From Isurus oxyrinchus (taxonomy: Eukaryota): a stretch of 64,000 nt of DNA. Below the pieces are notes generated by a model. That model did not search any database. It was not told the origin of the DNA and saw only the letters and a list, made by a program, of their open reading frames with translations. The stretch is from assembly GCA_026770705.1 (NCBI GenBank), contig JANJGN010000002.1:208196001-208260000 (forward strand), in the 5' to 3' direction. How positions within the stretch are numbered: position 1 is the stretch's first letter; each line of letters begins with the position of its first letter. Made by a program: the position numbers and the translations under genes. Positions 54,801 to 64,000 of this stretch are shown one piece after another.

Positions 54801-57800
54801 ATGTTACAAACACTTCTCTTTGTGATGGTAGGCACTCTTCACAAAACAGATTCTCTGTTATTGATTGTTTGTGAATTGCGCTTTATGCAACATCTATCAA
54901 TATATTGCAAATTGGCTTCATGCAAGACTTGGTGTTCCTTAGTAACTAAATTATCACAATCTAAATAATATGTTTAGTAGCGCTTTATGAAGGGATATTT
55001 TGTATTGGAAGGTGTCACTGATGATATTTTGCAGTTGAATTTGAGAAATGTTGAATATTATACAATTCAAAAGTAATTGTTGCAAAAATGTGATTTAAGT
55101 TGCCAATGCCTGCTTTCATGTCAATCAAACTGAGTGAGGAATAATTGGACATTGTTTTGCAGATATTGATGAATGTGCAACCAACACATCAACCTGTCAA
55201 CAAATCTGCACCAATACAATTGGAAGCTTCAATTGCAGTTGCGATCCTGGATTTGGCACCAATGTGACAAACACTTCTCTTTGTAATGGTAGGCAACCTT
55301 CAAACAATCAGACCCCTGCAATTAAAGCAAAAATAGATGCAAAAACTCAGCAGGTCTGACAACATCTGTGGGGAAGAAGACAGAGTTAATGATTCGAGTC
55401 CGTATGACTGGTCACATTTCTCTTCATTCTGATGAAGACTCATACGGACTCGAAACGTTAACTCTAACTGCCTCTCCACATATGCTGTCTGACGTGTTGC
55501 GTTTATTCAGCTATTTATGTTTTTGTTTCAGACTTCCAGCATCTGCAGTATTTTGCATTTGATCCCTGCAATTGATGATTTGTGAACTGCTTTTCACTGA
55601 ACAGCTATCAGAAGATTGCTAATTGTCTTCACGCAAAGACTTGGTACACCGTAATAATTAATAATAAGAAGCTGACAATATATGTAGTAATGCTTTGTAA
55701 TGAGATATGCCATATTTGGAAGGTGTCTTTTATAAAATTGTTGTTGAATCATGGATGTGTTAATCACGATGAAATCCACAATGAAGTGTTGCAAACATGT
55801 GATTTTAATTGTCAATGTATTTTAATCAAACTGAGTGAGGATTGATTAGACTTTTTTGTGCAGATATTGATGAATGTGCAATCAACACATCAACCTGTCA
55901 ACAAATCTGCACCAATACAATTGGAAGCTTCAATTGCAGTTGCCATCCTGGATTTAGCACCAATGTGACAAACACTTCTCATTGTGATGGTAGGCAACCT
56001 TCAAACATGCAGATTCTGACAAACTGATGATTGGCGTATCACGCTGCATCCAGCTGCTCCTAATGCTAGATGGCCATCAAGAAGCTCTTTGTGTTACTTG
56101 ACAAAGAAACACTAAGAGGTTGATGACAATAATCTATGTTTTTATGCAATCATTATATGTTGATTGCACATTGAGGTTTCTATTATGTTAAATGGATTGA
56201 ATACAATGATATTACATGTAGGATTAGGATTTGTGGATCAACTTTGCACTTCTGGACTTGCCATGAGGAAGGGATCCTCGTTGTTTTGCATCCATGATGG
56301 TAGGAATGTTGTAGTTTGTTGAGGGCAGCAGCAGAATGTCCTGACCAAGAGAATCAATACATTAGTCCTTGTGTTCTGTCTGAGAGCATGCTCATTTCTG
56401 CACAGCTTGGTGTCTTACGCTTTCCTCTTCCATTGACTGGAAGAAATGCCCATTTTCAATTTCATTGCTCATTGAGCAACATGACTTTGGAAATTAATAT
56501 TTGAGGTGTTTTCCCATTGCCTACCTCGTTTGAATTTAGAAACTCAAGTCCTCTTCATGGAATGGATATTGAGAATCAGCCCTTGCCAATGGTGTTCTAG
56601 TTCTTTCGCCATCACCACTGGAATTTGCTGCTTATGCTGATGGCCTTGGCTCATACCTTGGAGCATGTGACCCTGACCAGAACCTGGGGTGATGAGCAAA
56701 TGGGCAGGCACAACCACCCCTGAGGTCTGCAATGACACAACCACAAATAGACTTTTTTCTACCAGTATCGCTGAATGTGCAATCAGCATATCAAGATGTC
56801 AACAAATCTGTGCCATACAAATGGGAGCTTTACAATGCTGTTGCCATCCAGACTTCAGCACCAAAATCTTCGCTTTGTGATGGTCTGAAATGTTTAAGTG
56901 CAAATCTTTATGGGTTGAAGCAAATAATACATAGCTCATTCATAATTAGAAAATTAATGGATCACAACAATAAACTGTGCCACATCACAATAGGGATCTT
57001 CTGGCAGCAGAATGTTGAGTTGGAGTTAAGCCATCATTGCTAAGAGATTGTTAAAAAGTTCCCCAATATCTGATAAACAGCCCGAAATTTGCACTTCTGG
57101 ATTTGCCATTATTTAACGTTGTTGAGCCTAACCCTACTAAGTGGCTGTCACGTTGCAGGTTAGACAGCACAGAAACATGGTCTCATGGCCAAGAACAACA
57201 GTATAATAATTTAGCCATTATATGGCCAGCTGTTATATTTGTCGGAGAAGTGAAACTAAATATATTGCTCTTCAAATACAAGAAAAACAACATTAGAGAG
57301 GCTAGAAGGATGTGTTGAAAACACATAAAACTGTGTGGTGAAATGTGAATCAACTAAGCAATGAATAATTTGATATAATTCTTGCAGATATTGATGAATG
57401 TGCAACCAGCACATCAAACTGTCATCAAATCTGTACCAATACAATTGGAAGCTTCAATTGCATTTGCCGTCCTGGGTTTACCACCAATGTTACAAACACT
57501 TCTCTTTGTGATGGTAGGCACTCTTCACAAAACAGATTCTCTGTTATTGATTGTTTGTGAATTGCGCTTTATGCAACATCTATCAATATATTGCAAATTG
57601 GCTTCATGCAAGACTTGGTGTTCCTTAGTAACTAAATTATCACAAGCTAAATAATATGTTTAGTAGCGCTTTATGAAGGGATATTTTGTATTGGAAGGTG
57701 TCACTGATGATATTTTGCAGTTGAATTTGAGAAATGTTGAATATTATACAATTCAAAAGTAATTGTTGCAAAAATGTGATTTAAGTTGCCAATGCCTGCT

Positions 57801-60800
57801 TTCATGTCAATCAAACTGAGTGAGGAATAATTGGACATTGTTTTGCAGATATTGATGAATGTGCAACCAACACATCAACCTGTCAACAAATCTGCACCAA
57901 TACAATTGGAAGCTTCAATTGCAGTTGCGATCCTGGATTTGGCACCAATGTGACAAACACTTCTCTTTGTAATGGTAGGCAACCTTCAAACAATCAGACC
58001 CCTGCAATTAAAGCAAAAATAGATGCAAAAACTCAGCAGGTCTGACAACATCTGTGGGGAAGAAGACAGAGTTAATGATTCGAGTCCGTATGACTGGTCA
58101 CATTTCTCTTCATTCTGATGAAGACTCATACGGACTCGAAACGTTAACTCTAACTGCCTCTCCACATATGCTGTCTGACGTGTTGCGTTTATTCAGCTAT
58201 TTATGTTTTTGTTTCAGACTTCCAGCATCTGCAGTATTTTGCATTTGATCCCTGCAATTGATGATTTGTGAACTGCTTTTCACTGAACAGCTATCAGAAG
58301 ATTGCTAATTGTCTTCACGCAAAGACTTGGTACACCGTAATAATTAATAATAAGAAGCTGACAATATATGTAGTAATGCTTTGTAATGAGATATGCCATA
58401 TTTGGAAGGTGTCTTTTATAAAATTGTTGTTGAATCATGGATGTGTTAATCACGATGAAATCCACAATGAAGTGTTGCAAACATGTGATTTTAATTGTCA
58501 ATGTATTTTAATCAAACTGAGTGAGGATTGATTAGACTTTTTTGTGCAGATATTGATGAATGTGCAATCAACACATCAACCTGTCAACAAATCTGCACCA
58601 ATACAATTGGAAGCTTCAGTTGCAGTTGCCATCCTGGATTTAGCACCAATGTGACAAACACTTCTCATTGTGATGGTAGGCAACCTTCAAACATGCAGAT
58701 TCTGACAAACTGATGATTGGCGTATCACGCTGCATCCAGCTGCTCCTAATGCTAGATGGCCATCAAGAAGCTCTTTGTGTTACTTGACAAAGAAACACTA
58801 AGAGGTTGATGACAATAATCTATGTTTTTATGCAATCATTATATGTTGATTGCACATTGAGGTTTCTATTATGTTAAATGGATTGAATACAATGATATTA
58901 CATGTAGGATTAGGATTTGTGGATCAACTTTGCACTTCTGGACTTGCCATGAGGAAGGGATCCTCGTTGTTTTGCATCCATGATGGTTGGAATGTTGTAG
59001 TTTGTTGAAGGCAGCAGCAGAATGTCCTGACCAAGAGAATCAATACATTAGTCCTTGTGATCTGTCTGAGAGCATTGCTCATTTCTGCACAGCTTGGTGT
59101 CTTATGCTTTCCTCTTCCATTGACTGGAAGAAATGCCCATTTTCAATTTCATTGCTCATTGAGCAATATGACTTTGGAAATTAATATTTGAGGTGTTTTC
59201 CCATTGCCTACCTCGTGTGAATTTAGAAACTCAAGTCCTCTTCATAGACTGGATATTGAGAATCAGCCCTTGCCTATGGTGTTCTAGTTGTTTCGCCATC
59301 ACCACTGGAATTTGCTGCTTATGCTGATGGCCTTGGCTCATACCTTGGAGCATGTGACCCTGACCAGAACCTGGGGTGATGAGCAAAAGGGCAGGCACAA
59401 CCACCCCTGAGGTCTGCAATGACACAACCACTAATAGACTTTTTTCTACAAGTATTGCTGAATGTGCAGTCAGCATATCAAGATGTCAACAAATCTGTGC
59501 CATACAAATGGCAGCTTTACAATGCTGTTGCCATCCAGACTTCAGCACCAAAATCTTCGCTTTGTGATGGTCTGAAATGTTTAAGTGCAAATCTTTATGG
59601 GTTGAAGCAAATAATACATGGCTCATTCAGAATTAGAAAATGAATGGATCATAACAATAATCTGTGCCACATCACAATAGGGATCTTCTGGCAGCAGAAT
59701 GTTGTGTTGGAGTTAAGCCATCATTGCTAAGAGATTGTTAAAAAGTTCCCCAATTTCTGATAAACGGCCCGAAATTTGCACTTCTGGATTTGCCATTATT
59801 TAACATTGTTGAGCCTAAGCCTACTAAGTGGCTGTCACATTGCAGGTTAGAGAGCACAGAAACATGGTCTCATGGCCAAAAACAACAGTACAATAATTTA
59901 GCCATTATATGGCCAGCTGTTATATTTGACGGAGAAGGGAAACTAAACATATTACTCTTCAAATACAAGAAAAACAACATTATAGAGGCTTGAAGGATGT
60001 GTTGAAAACACGTGAAACTGTGTGGTGAAATGTGAATCAACTAAGCAAGTAATAATTTGATATAATTCTTGCAGATATTGTTGAATGTTCAACCAACACA
60101 TCAAACTGTCATCAAATCTGTACCAATACAATTGGAAGCTTCAATTGCAGTTGCCGTCCTGGGTTTACCACCAATGTTACAAACGCTTCTCTTTGTGATG
60201 ATAGAAGCTCTTCACATAAACAGATTCTCTGTTATTGATTGTTTGTGAATTGCACTTTATCCAACATCTATCACTATATTGCAAATCTCATTGGCTTCAT
60301 GCATGACTTGGTGTTCCTTAGTAACTAAATTATCACAATCTAAATAATATGTTTAGTAGCACTTTATGAAGGGCTATTTTGTATTGGAAGCTGTCACTGA
60401 TGATATTGCAGTTGAATTTGAGAAATGTTGAATATTATACAATTCAAAAGTAAATGTTGCAAATATGTGATTTAAGTTGCCAATGCCTGCTTTCATGTCA
60501 ATCAAACTGAGTGAGGAATAATTGGACATTGTTTTGCAGATATTGATGAATGTGCAACCAACACATCAACCTGTCAACAAATCTGCACCAATACAATTGG
60601 AAGCTTCAATTGCAGTTGCGATCCTGGATTTGGCACCAATGTGACAAACACTTCTCTTTGTAATGGTAGGCAACCTTCAAACAATCAGACCCCTGCAATT
60701 AAAGCAAAAATAGATGCAAAAACTCAGCAGGTCTGACAACATCTGTGGGGAAGAAAACAGAGTTAATGATTCGAGTCCGTATGACTGGTCACATTTCTCT

Positions 60801-63800
60801 TCATTCTGATGAAGACTCATACGGACTCGAAACGTTATCTCTAACTGCCTCTCCACATATGCTGTCAGACGTGTTGTGTTTATTCAGCTATTTATGTTTT
60901 TGTTTCAGACTTCCAGCATCTGCAGTATTTTGCTTTTGATCCCTGCAATTGATGATTTGTGAACTGCTTTTCACTGAACAGCTATCAGAAGATTGCTAAT
61001 TGTCTTCACGCAAAGTCTTGGTGCACCGTAATAATTAATAATAAGAAGCTGACAATATATGTAGTAATGATTTGTAATGAGATATGCCATATTTGGAAGA
61101 TGTCTTTTATAAAATTGTTGTTGAATCATGGATGTGTTAATCAGGATGGAATCCAAAAGGAAGTGTTGCAAACATGTGATTTAAATTGTCAATGTATTTT
61201 AATCAAACTGAGTGAGGATTGATTAGACTTTTTTGTGCAGATATTGATGAATGTGCAATCAACACATCAACCTGTCAACAAATCTGCACCAATACAATTG
61301 GAAGCTTCAATTGCAGTTGCCATCCTGGATTTAGCACCAATGTGACAAACACTTCTCATTGTGATGGTAGGCAACCTTCAGACATGCAGATTCTGACAAA
61401 CTGATGATTGACGTATCACGCTGCACCAACTGCTCCTAATGCTAGGTGGCCATCAAGAAGCCCTTTGTGTTACTTGACAAAGAAACACTAAGAGGTTGAT
61501 GACAATAATCTATGTTTTTATGCAATCATTATATGTTGATTGCACATAATGGTTTCCAATATGTTAAATGCATAGACTACAATGATATTACATGTAGGAT
61601 TAGGATTTGTGGATCAACTTTGCACTTCTGGACTTGCCATGAGACAGGGATCCTCGTTGTTTTGCATCCATGATGGTAGGAATGTTGTAGTTTGTTGAAG
61701 GCAGCAGCAGAATGTCCTGACCAAGAGAATCAATACATTAGTCCTTGTGATCTGTCTGAGAGCATTGCTCATTTCTGCACAGCTTGGTGTCTAACGCTTT
61801 CCTCTTCCATTGACTGGAAGAATTGCCCATTTTCAATTTCATTGCTCATTGAGCAATATGACTTTGGAAATTAATATTTGAGGTGTTTTCCCATTGCCTA
61901 CCTCGTGTGAGTTTAGAAACTCAAAGTCCTCTTCATAGAATGGATATTGAGAATCAGCCCTTCCCTGTGGTGTTCTAGTTCTTTTGCCATCACCACTGGA
62001 ATTTGCTGCTTATGCTGATGGCCTTGGCTCATCCCTTGGAGCATGTGACCCTGACCAGAACCTGGGGTGATGAGCAAAAGGGCAGGCACAACCACCCCTG
62101 AGGTCTGCAATGACACAACCACAAATAGATTTATTTCTACAAGTATCGCTGAATGTGCAATCAGCATATCAAGATGGCAACAAATCTGTGCCATACAAAT
62201 GGGAGCTTTAAAATGCTGTTGCCATCCAGACTTCAGCACCAAAATCTTCTCTTTGTGAAGGTCTGAAATGTTTAAGCGCAAATCTTTATGGGTTGAAGCA
62301 AATAATACATGGCTCATTCAGAATTAGAAAATGAATGGATCACAACAATAATCTGTGCCACATCACAATAGGGATCTTCTGGCAGCAGAATGTTGTGCTG
62401 GAGTTAAGCCATCATTGCGAAGAGATTGTTAAAAAGTTCCCCAATTTCTGATAAACAGCCCGAAATTTGCACTTCTGGATTTGCCATTATTTAACATTGT
62501 TGAGCCTAAGCCTACTAAGTGGCTGTCACGTTGCAGGTTAGAGAGCACAGAAACATGGTCTCATGGCCAAAAACAACAGTACAATAATTTAGCCATTATA
62601 TGGCCAGCTGTTATATTTGACGGAGAAGGGAAACTAAACATATTGCTCTTCGAATACAAGAAAAACAACATTATAGAGGCTAGCAGGATGTTTTGAAAAG
62701 ACGTGAAACTGTGTGGTGAAATGTGAATCAACTAAGCAAGGAATAATTTGATATAATTCTTGCAGATATTGATGAATGTGCAGCCAACACACCAACCTGT
62801 CATCAAATCTGTACCAACACAATTGGAAGCTTCAATTGCAGTTGCCGTCCTGGGTTTACCACCAATGTTACAAACACTTCTCTTTGTGTTGGTAGGCACA
62901 CTTCACATAAACAGATTCTCTGTTATTGATTGTTTGTGAATTGCACTTTAGCCAACATCTATCACTGTATTGCAAATCTCATTGGCTTCATGCAAGACTA
63001 AATTATCACAATCTAAATAATATGTATGGTAGCACTTTATGAAGGAATATTTTGTATTGGAAGCTGTCACTGATGATATTGCAGTTGAATTTGAGAAATG
63101 TTGAATATTATACAATTCAAAAGTAAATGCTGCAAATATGTGATTTAAGTTGCCAATGCCTGCTTTCATGTCAATCAAACTGAGTGAGGAATAATTGGAC
63201 ATTGTTTCGCAGATATTGATGAATGTGCAAACAACACATCAACCTGTCAACAAATCTGCACCAATACAATTGGAAGCTTCAATTGCAGTTGCGATCCTGG
63301 ATTTGGCACCAATGTGACAAACACTTCTCTTTGTAATGGTAGGCAACCTTCAAACAATCAGACCCCAGCAATTAAAGCAAAAATAGATGCAAAAACTCAG
63401 CAGGTCTGACAACATCTGTGAGGAAGAAGACAGAGTTAATGATTCGAGTCCGTATGACTGGTCACATTTCTCTTCATTCTGATGAAGACTCATACGGACT
63501 CGAAACGTTAACTCTAACTGCCTCTCCACATATGCTGTCTGACGTGTTGCGTTTATTCAGCTATTTATGTTTTTGTTTCAGACTTCCAGCATCTGCAGTA
63601 TTTTGCTTTTGATCCCTGCAATTGATGATTTGTGAACTGCTTTTCACTGAACAGCTATCAGAAGATTGCTAATTGTCTTCACGCAAAGTCTTGGTGCACC
63701 GTAATAATTAATAATAAGGAGCTGACAATATATGTAGTAATGCTTTGTAATGAGATATGCCATATTTGGAAGGTGTCTTTTATAAAATTGTTGTTGAATC

Positions 63801-64000
63801 ATGGATGTGTTAATCACGATGAAATCCACAATGAAGTGTTGCAAACATGTGATTTTAATTGTCAATGTATTTTAATCAAACTGAGTGAGGATTGATTAGA
63901 CTTTTTTGTGCAGATATTGATGAATGTGCAATCAACACATCAACCTGTCAACAAATCTGCACCAATACAATTATCTGCACCAATACAATTGGAAGCTTCA
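740..64000 (+). CDS. Internal part of a giant spliced gene encoding a tandem calcium-binding EGF-domain protein (~60 intact cbEGF exons in window; both ends outside window)
   Basis: Repeated 126-nt segments bounded by pyrimidine-rich ...TGCAG acceptors and GTAGG donors, all phase 1-1 and stop-free when joined. Each encodes D-I-D-E-C...C-x-N-x4-F-x-C-x-C...C (six Cys, cbEGF consensus). No other exon type seen. Confidence 0.9.
1204..1329 (+). CDS. cbEGF exon B1 ([42 protein letters not shown])
   Basis: AG 1202-1203, GT 1330-1331, 126 nt. Copies start at 6583, 11962, 17341, 22720, 30979, 36358, 41737. Confidence 0.9.
1364..1610 (+). mobile_element. Fold-back non-autonomous insertion, Penelope-like pseudo-LTR remnant with degenerate hammerhead core (B1-C1 intron)
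   Basis: Flanked by direct repeat CCCTGCAAT (1355-1363 / 1611-1619) and absent from the paralogous site of the A-B intron. ~95-nt inverted arms; CTGATGA..GACTCGAAACGTT motif at 1470-1500. Copies start at 6743, 12122, 17501, 22880, 31139, 36518, 41897. Family assignment is from memory of PLE architecture, not from a search. Confidence 0.7.
1911..2036 (+). CDS. cbEGF exon C1 ([42 protein letters not shown])
   Basis: AG 1909-1910, GTAGGT donor at 2037, 126 nt. Copies start at 7290, 12669, 18048, 23427, 26311, 31686, 37065, 42444. Confidence 0.9.
2807..2924 (+). pseudogene. Degenerate cbEGF pseudo-exon D2
   Basis: Translates [38 protein letters not shown]. Homologous acceptor AA; 118 nt, frameshifted before the sixth Cys. 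Copies start at 8186, 13565, 18944, 24323, 27205, 32582, 37961, 43340. Confidence 0.8.
3422..3547 (+). CDS. cbEGF exon A2 ([42 protein letters not shown])
   Basis: AG 3420-3421, GT 3548-3549, 126 nt. Copies start at 8801, 14180, 19559, 24938, 27821, 33197, 38576, 43955. Confidence 0.9.
3888..4013 (+). CDS. cbEGF exon B2 ([42 protein letters not shown])
   Basis: AG 3886-3887, GT 4014-4015, 126 nt. Copies start at 9267, 14646, 20025, 25404, 28287 (1-nt deletion), 33663, 39042, 44421. Confidence 0.9.
4048..4281 (+). mobile_element. Same fold-back insertion in the B2-C2 intron
   Basis: Homologous to 1364-1610. Left TSD decayed (CCACTGAAAT); core mutated to CTGATGC. Copies start at 9427, 14806, 20185, 25564, 28446, 33823, 39202, 44581. 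Confidence 0.7.
4591..4721 (+). pseudogene. Defective cbEGF exon C2 (intact acceptor, 5-nt insertion, donor GT>GA)
   Basis: The TTTAG[TTTGT]CACC insertion gives ...[10 protein letters not shown] (TGA 4698-4700); the donor reads G|GAAGGC. Copies start at 9970, 15349, 20728, 26107 (cut by gap), 28989, 34366, 39745, 45124. Confidence 0.8.
6119..9392 (+). CDS. HOR copy 2: five intact cbEGF exons
   Basis: 6119-6244, 6583-6708, 7290-7415, 8801-8926, 9267-9392; AG/GT intact. Confidence 0.85.
11498..14771 (+). CDS. HOR copy 3: five intact cbEGF exons
   Basis: 11498-11623, 11962-12087, 12669-12794, 14180-14305, 14646-14771. Confidence 0.85.
16877..20150 (+). CDS. HOR copy 4: five intact cbEGF exons
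   Basis: 16877-17002, 17341-17466, 18048-18173, 19559-19684, 20025-20150. Confidence 0.85.
22256..25529 (+). CDS. HOR copy 5: five intact cbEGF exons
   Basis: 22256-22381, 22720-22845, 23427-23552, 24938-25063, 25404-25529. Confidence 0.85.
26131..26230. other. Assembly gap (100 N)
   Basis: Run of exactly 100 N, a typical placeholder for a gap of unknown size. Confidence 0.99.
26311..28411 (+). CDS. Partial HOR copy after gap: C1 and A2 intact, B2 with 1-nt deletion
   Basis: 26311-26436, 27821-27946, 28287-28411 (125 nt; TTCATTGC instead of TTCAATTGC at ~28355, probably a consensus error). Confidence 0.7.
30515..33788 (+). CDS. HOR copy 7: five intact cbEGF exons
   Basis: 30515-30640, 30979-31104, 31686-31811, 33197-33322, 33663-33788. 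Confidence 0.85.
35894..39167 (+). CDS. HOR copy 8: five intact cbEGF exons
   Basis: 35894-36019, 36358-36483, 37065-37190, 38576-38701, 39042-39167. Confidence 0.85.
41273..44546 (+). CDS. HOR copy 9: five intact cbEGF exons
   Basis: 41273-41398, 41737-41862, 42444-42569, 43955-44080, 44421-44546. Confidence 0.85.
46029..46146 (+). pseudogene. Distal D pseudo-exon (representative)
   Basis: D1-like lesions. Other copies at 48718-48835, 51403-51520, 54080-54197, 56765-56882, 59452-59569, 62143-62260. Confidence 0.75.
46652..47941 (+). CDS. Distal unit 1: exons A, B, C intact
   Basis: 46652-46777, 47117-47242, 47816-47941; all 126 nt with AG/GT. Confidence 0.85.
49341..49466 (+). pseudogene. 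Distal unit 2 exon A, donor destroyed
   Basis: Coding sequence intact but followed by ACAGGC instead of GTAGGC. Confidence 0.75.
49800..50626 (+). CDS. Distal unit 2: exons B, C intact
   Basis: 49800-49925, 50501-50626. Confidence 0.85.
52026..52151 (+). pseudogene. Distal unit 3 exon A, donor destroyed and Ca-ligand lost
   Basis: Begins [12 protein letters not shown]; followed by ATAGAA instead of GTAGGC. Confidence 0.8.
52491..53317 (+). CDS. Distal unit 3: exons B, C intact
   Basis: 52491-52616, 53192-53317. Confidence 0.85.
52652..52891 (+). mobile_element. Same fold-back insertion, distal-unit version (representative)
   Basis: TSD CCCTGCAATT (52642-52651 / 52892-52901); perfect 15-bp arm pair TTCGAGTCCGTATGA / TCATACGGACTCGAA. 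Other distal copies at about 47277-47516, 49961-50200, 55324-55563, 58010-58249, 60701-60940, 63374-63613. Confidence 0.7.
54702..55989 (+). CDS. Distal unit 4: exons A, B, C intact
   Basis: 54702-54827, 55163-55288, 55864-55989. Confidence 0.85.
57388..58675 (+). CDS. Distal unit 5: exons A, B, C intact
   Basis: 57388-57513, 57849-57974, 58550-58675. Confidence 0.85.
60075..60200 (+). pseudogene. Distal unit 6 exon A, donor destroyed (duplicate of 52026-52151)
   Basis: DIVECS start and ATAGAA after the exon. Confidence 0.8.
60540..61366 (+). CDS. Distal unit 6: exons B, C intact
   Basis: 60540-60665, 61241-61366. Confidence 0.85.
62766..64000 (+). CDS. Distal unit 7: exons A, B intact; C partial with 18-nt duplication
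   Basis: 62766-62891, 63213-63338, 63914 to window end. Confidence 0.8.

Larger units (their letters stand above)
45951..64000 (+). repeat. Tandem array of seven diverged ~2.68-kb single units (D-A-B-C)
   Basis: D starts at 46029, 48718, 51403, 54080, 56765, 59452, 62143 (spacing 2677-2691); many substitutions and small indels between units. Confidence 0.95.

Noticed and set aside
41-63895. The many 60-134 aa ORFs in the six-frame track as standalone genes
   Set aside because: They recur only because the DNA is repeated. They are off-frame or antisense readings of the EGF exons, intron read-through, or chance intronic ORFs, often with TTG/GTG starts and no recognisable domain beyond the EGF fragment.
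740-64000. CRISPR-like array (conserved repeat with intervening spacers)
   Set aside because: The repeats are 126-nt coding exons with GT-AG boundaries. The spacers are 338-770 nt, homologous to each other and themselves repeated, and there are no cas genes.
740-64000. Naming the gene FBN1/2, LTBP, NOTCH, ADGRE or MEGF6
   Set aside because: No TB/hybrid, LNR, GAIN, EMI or other diagnostic exon is in the window; cbEGF repeats alone do not identify the gene.
740-64000. Somatically rearranging cassette locus (RAG/RSS- or VLR-like)
   Set aside because: I saw no CACAGTG/ACAAAAACC signal pairs flanking the exons. The modules have ordinary splice sites and are too uniform to provide a diverse repertoire.

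Overview
This is AT-rich eukaryotic DNA, probably from a cartilaginous fish (inferred from a remembered intronic repeat, not verified). The whole window is the interior of one + strand gene made only of tandem 126-nt, phase 1-1 exons (TGCAG|ATATTGATGAATGT...TGTGATG|GTAGG). Each exon encodes one 42-aa calcium-binding EGF domain, e.g. [42 protein letters not shown]. By hand I count 97 exon homologues: 59 intact, 1 with a probable sequencing indel, 1 cut by the window end, and 36 defective (24 D pseudo-exons, 9 C2 copies, 3 donor-dead A copies). The repeat is nested: a ~465-bp exon+intron monomer, a ~2.69-kb four-exon unit (D-A-B-C), and a 5379-bp two-unit higher-order repeat (HOR). HOR copies are almost identical from 1 to ~45.9 kb, with a 100-N gap at 26131-26230. 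Seven more divergent, mosaic single units follow. Every B-C intron holds a ~240-bp fold-back, TSD-flanked Penelope-like insertion with a degenerate hammerhead-ribozyme core. No start, stop, signal peptide or other domain exon is visible, so the gene is not named. The supplied ORFs are nearly all off-frame or intron read-through artefacts.
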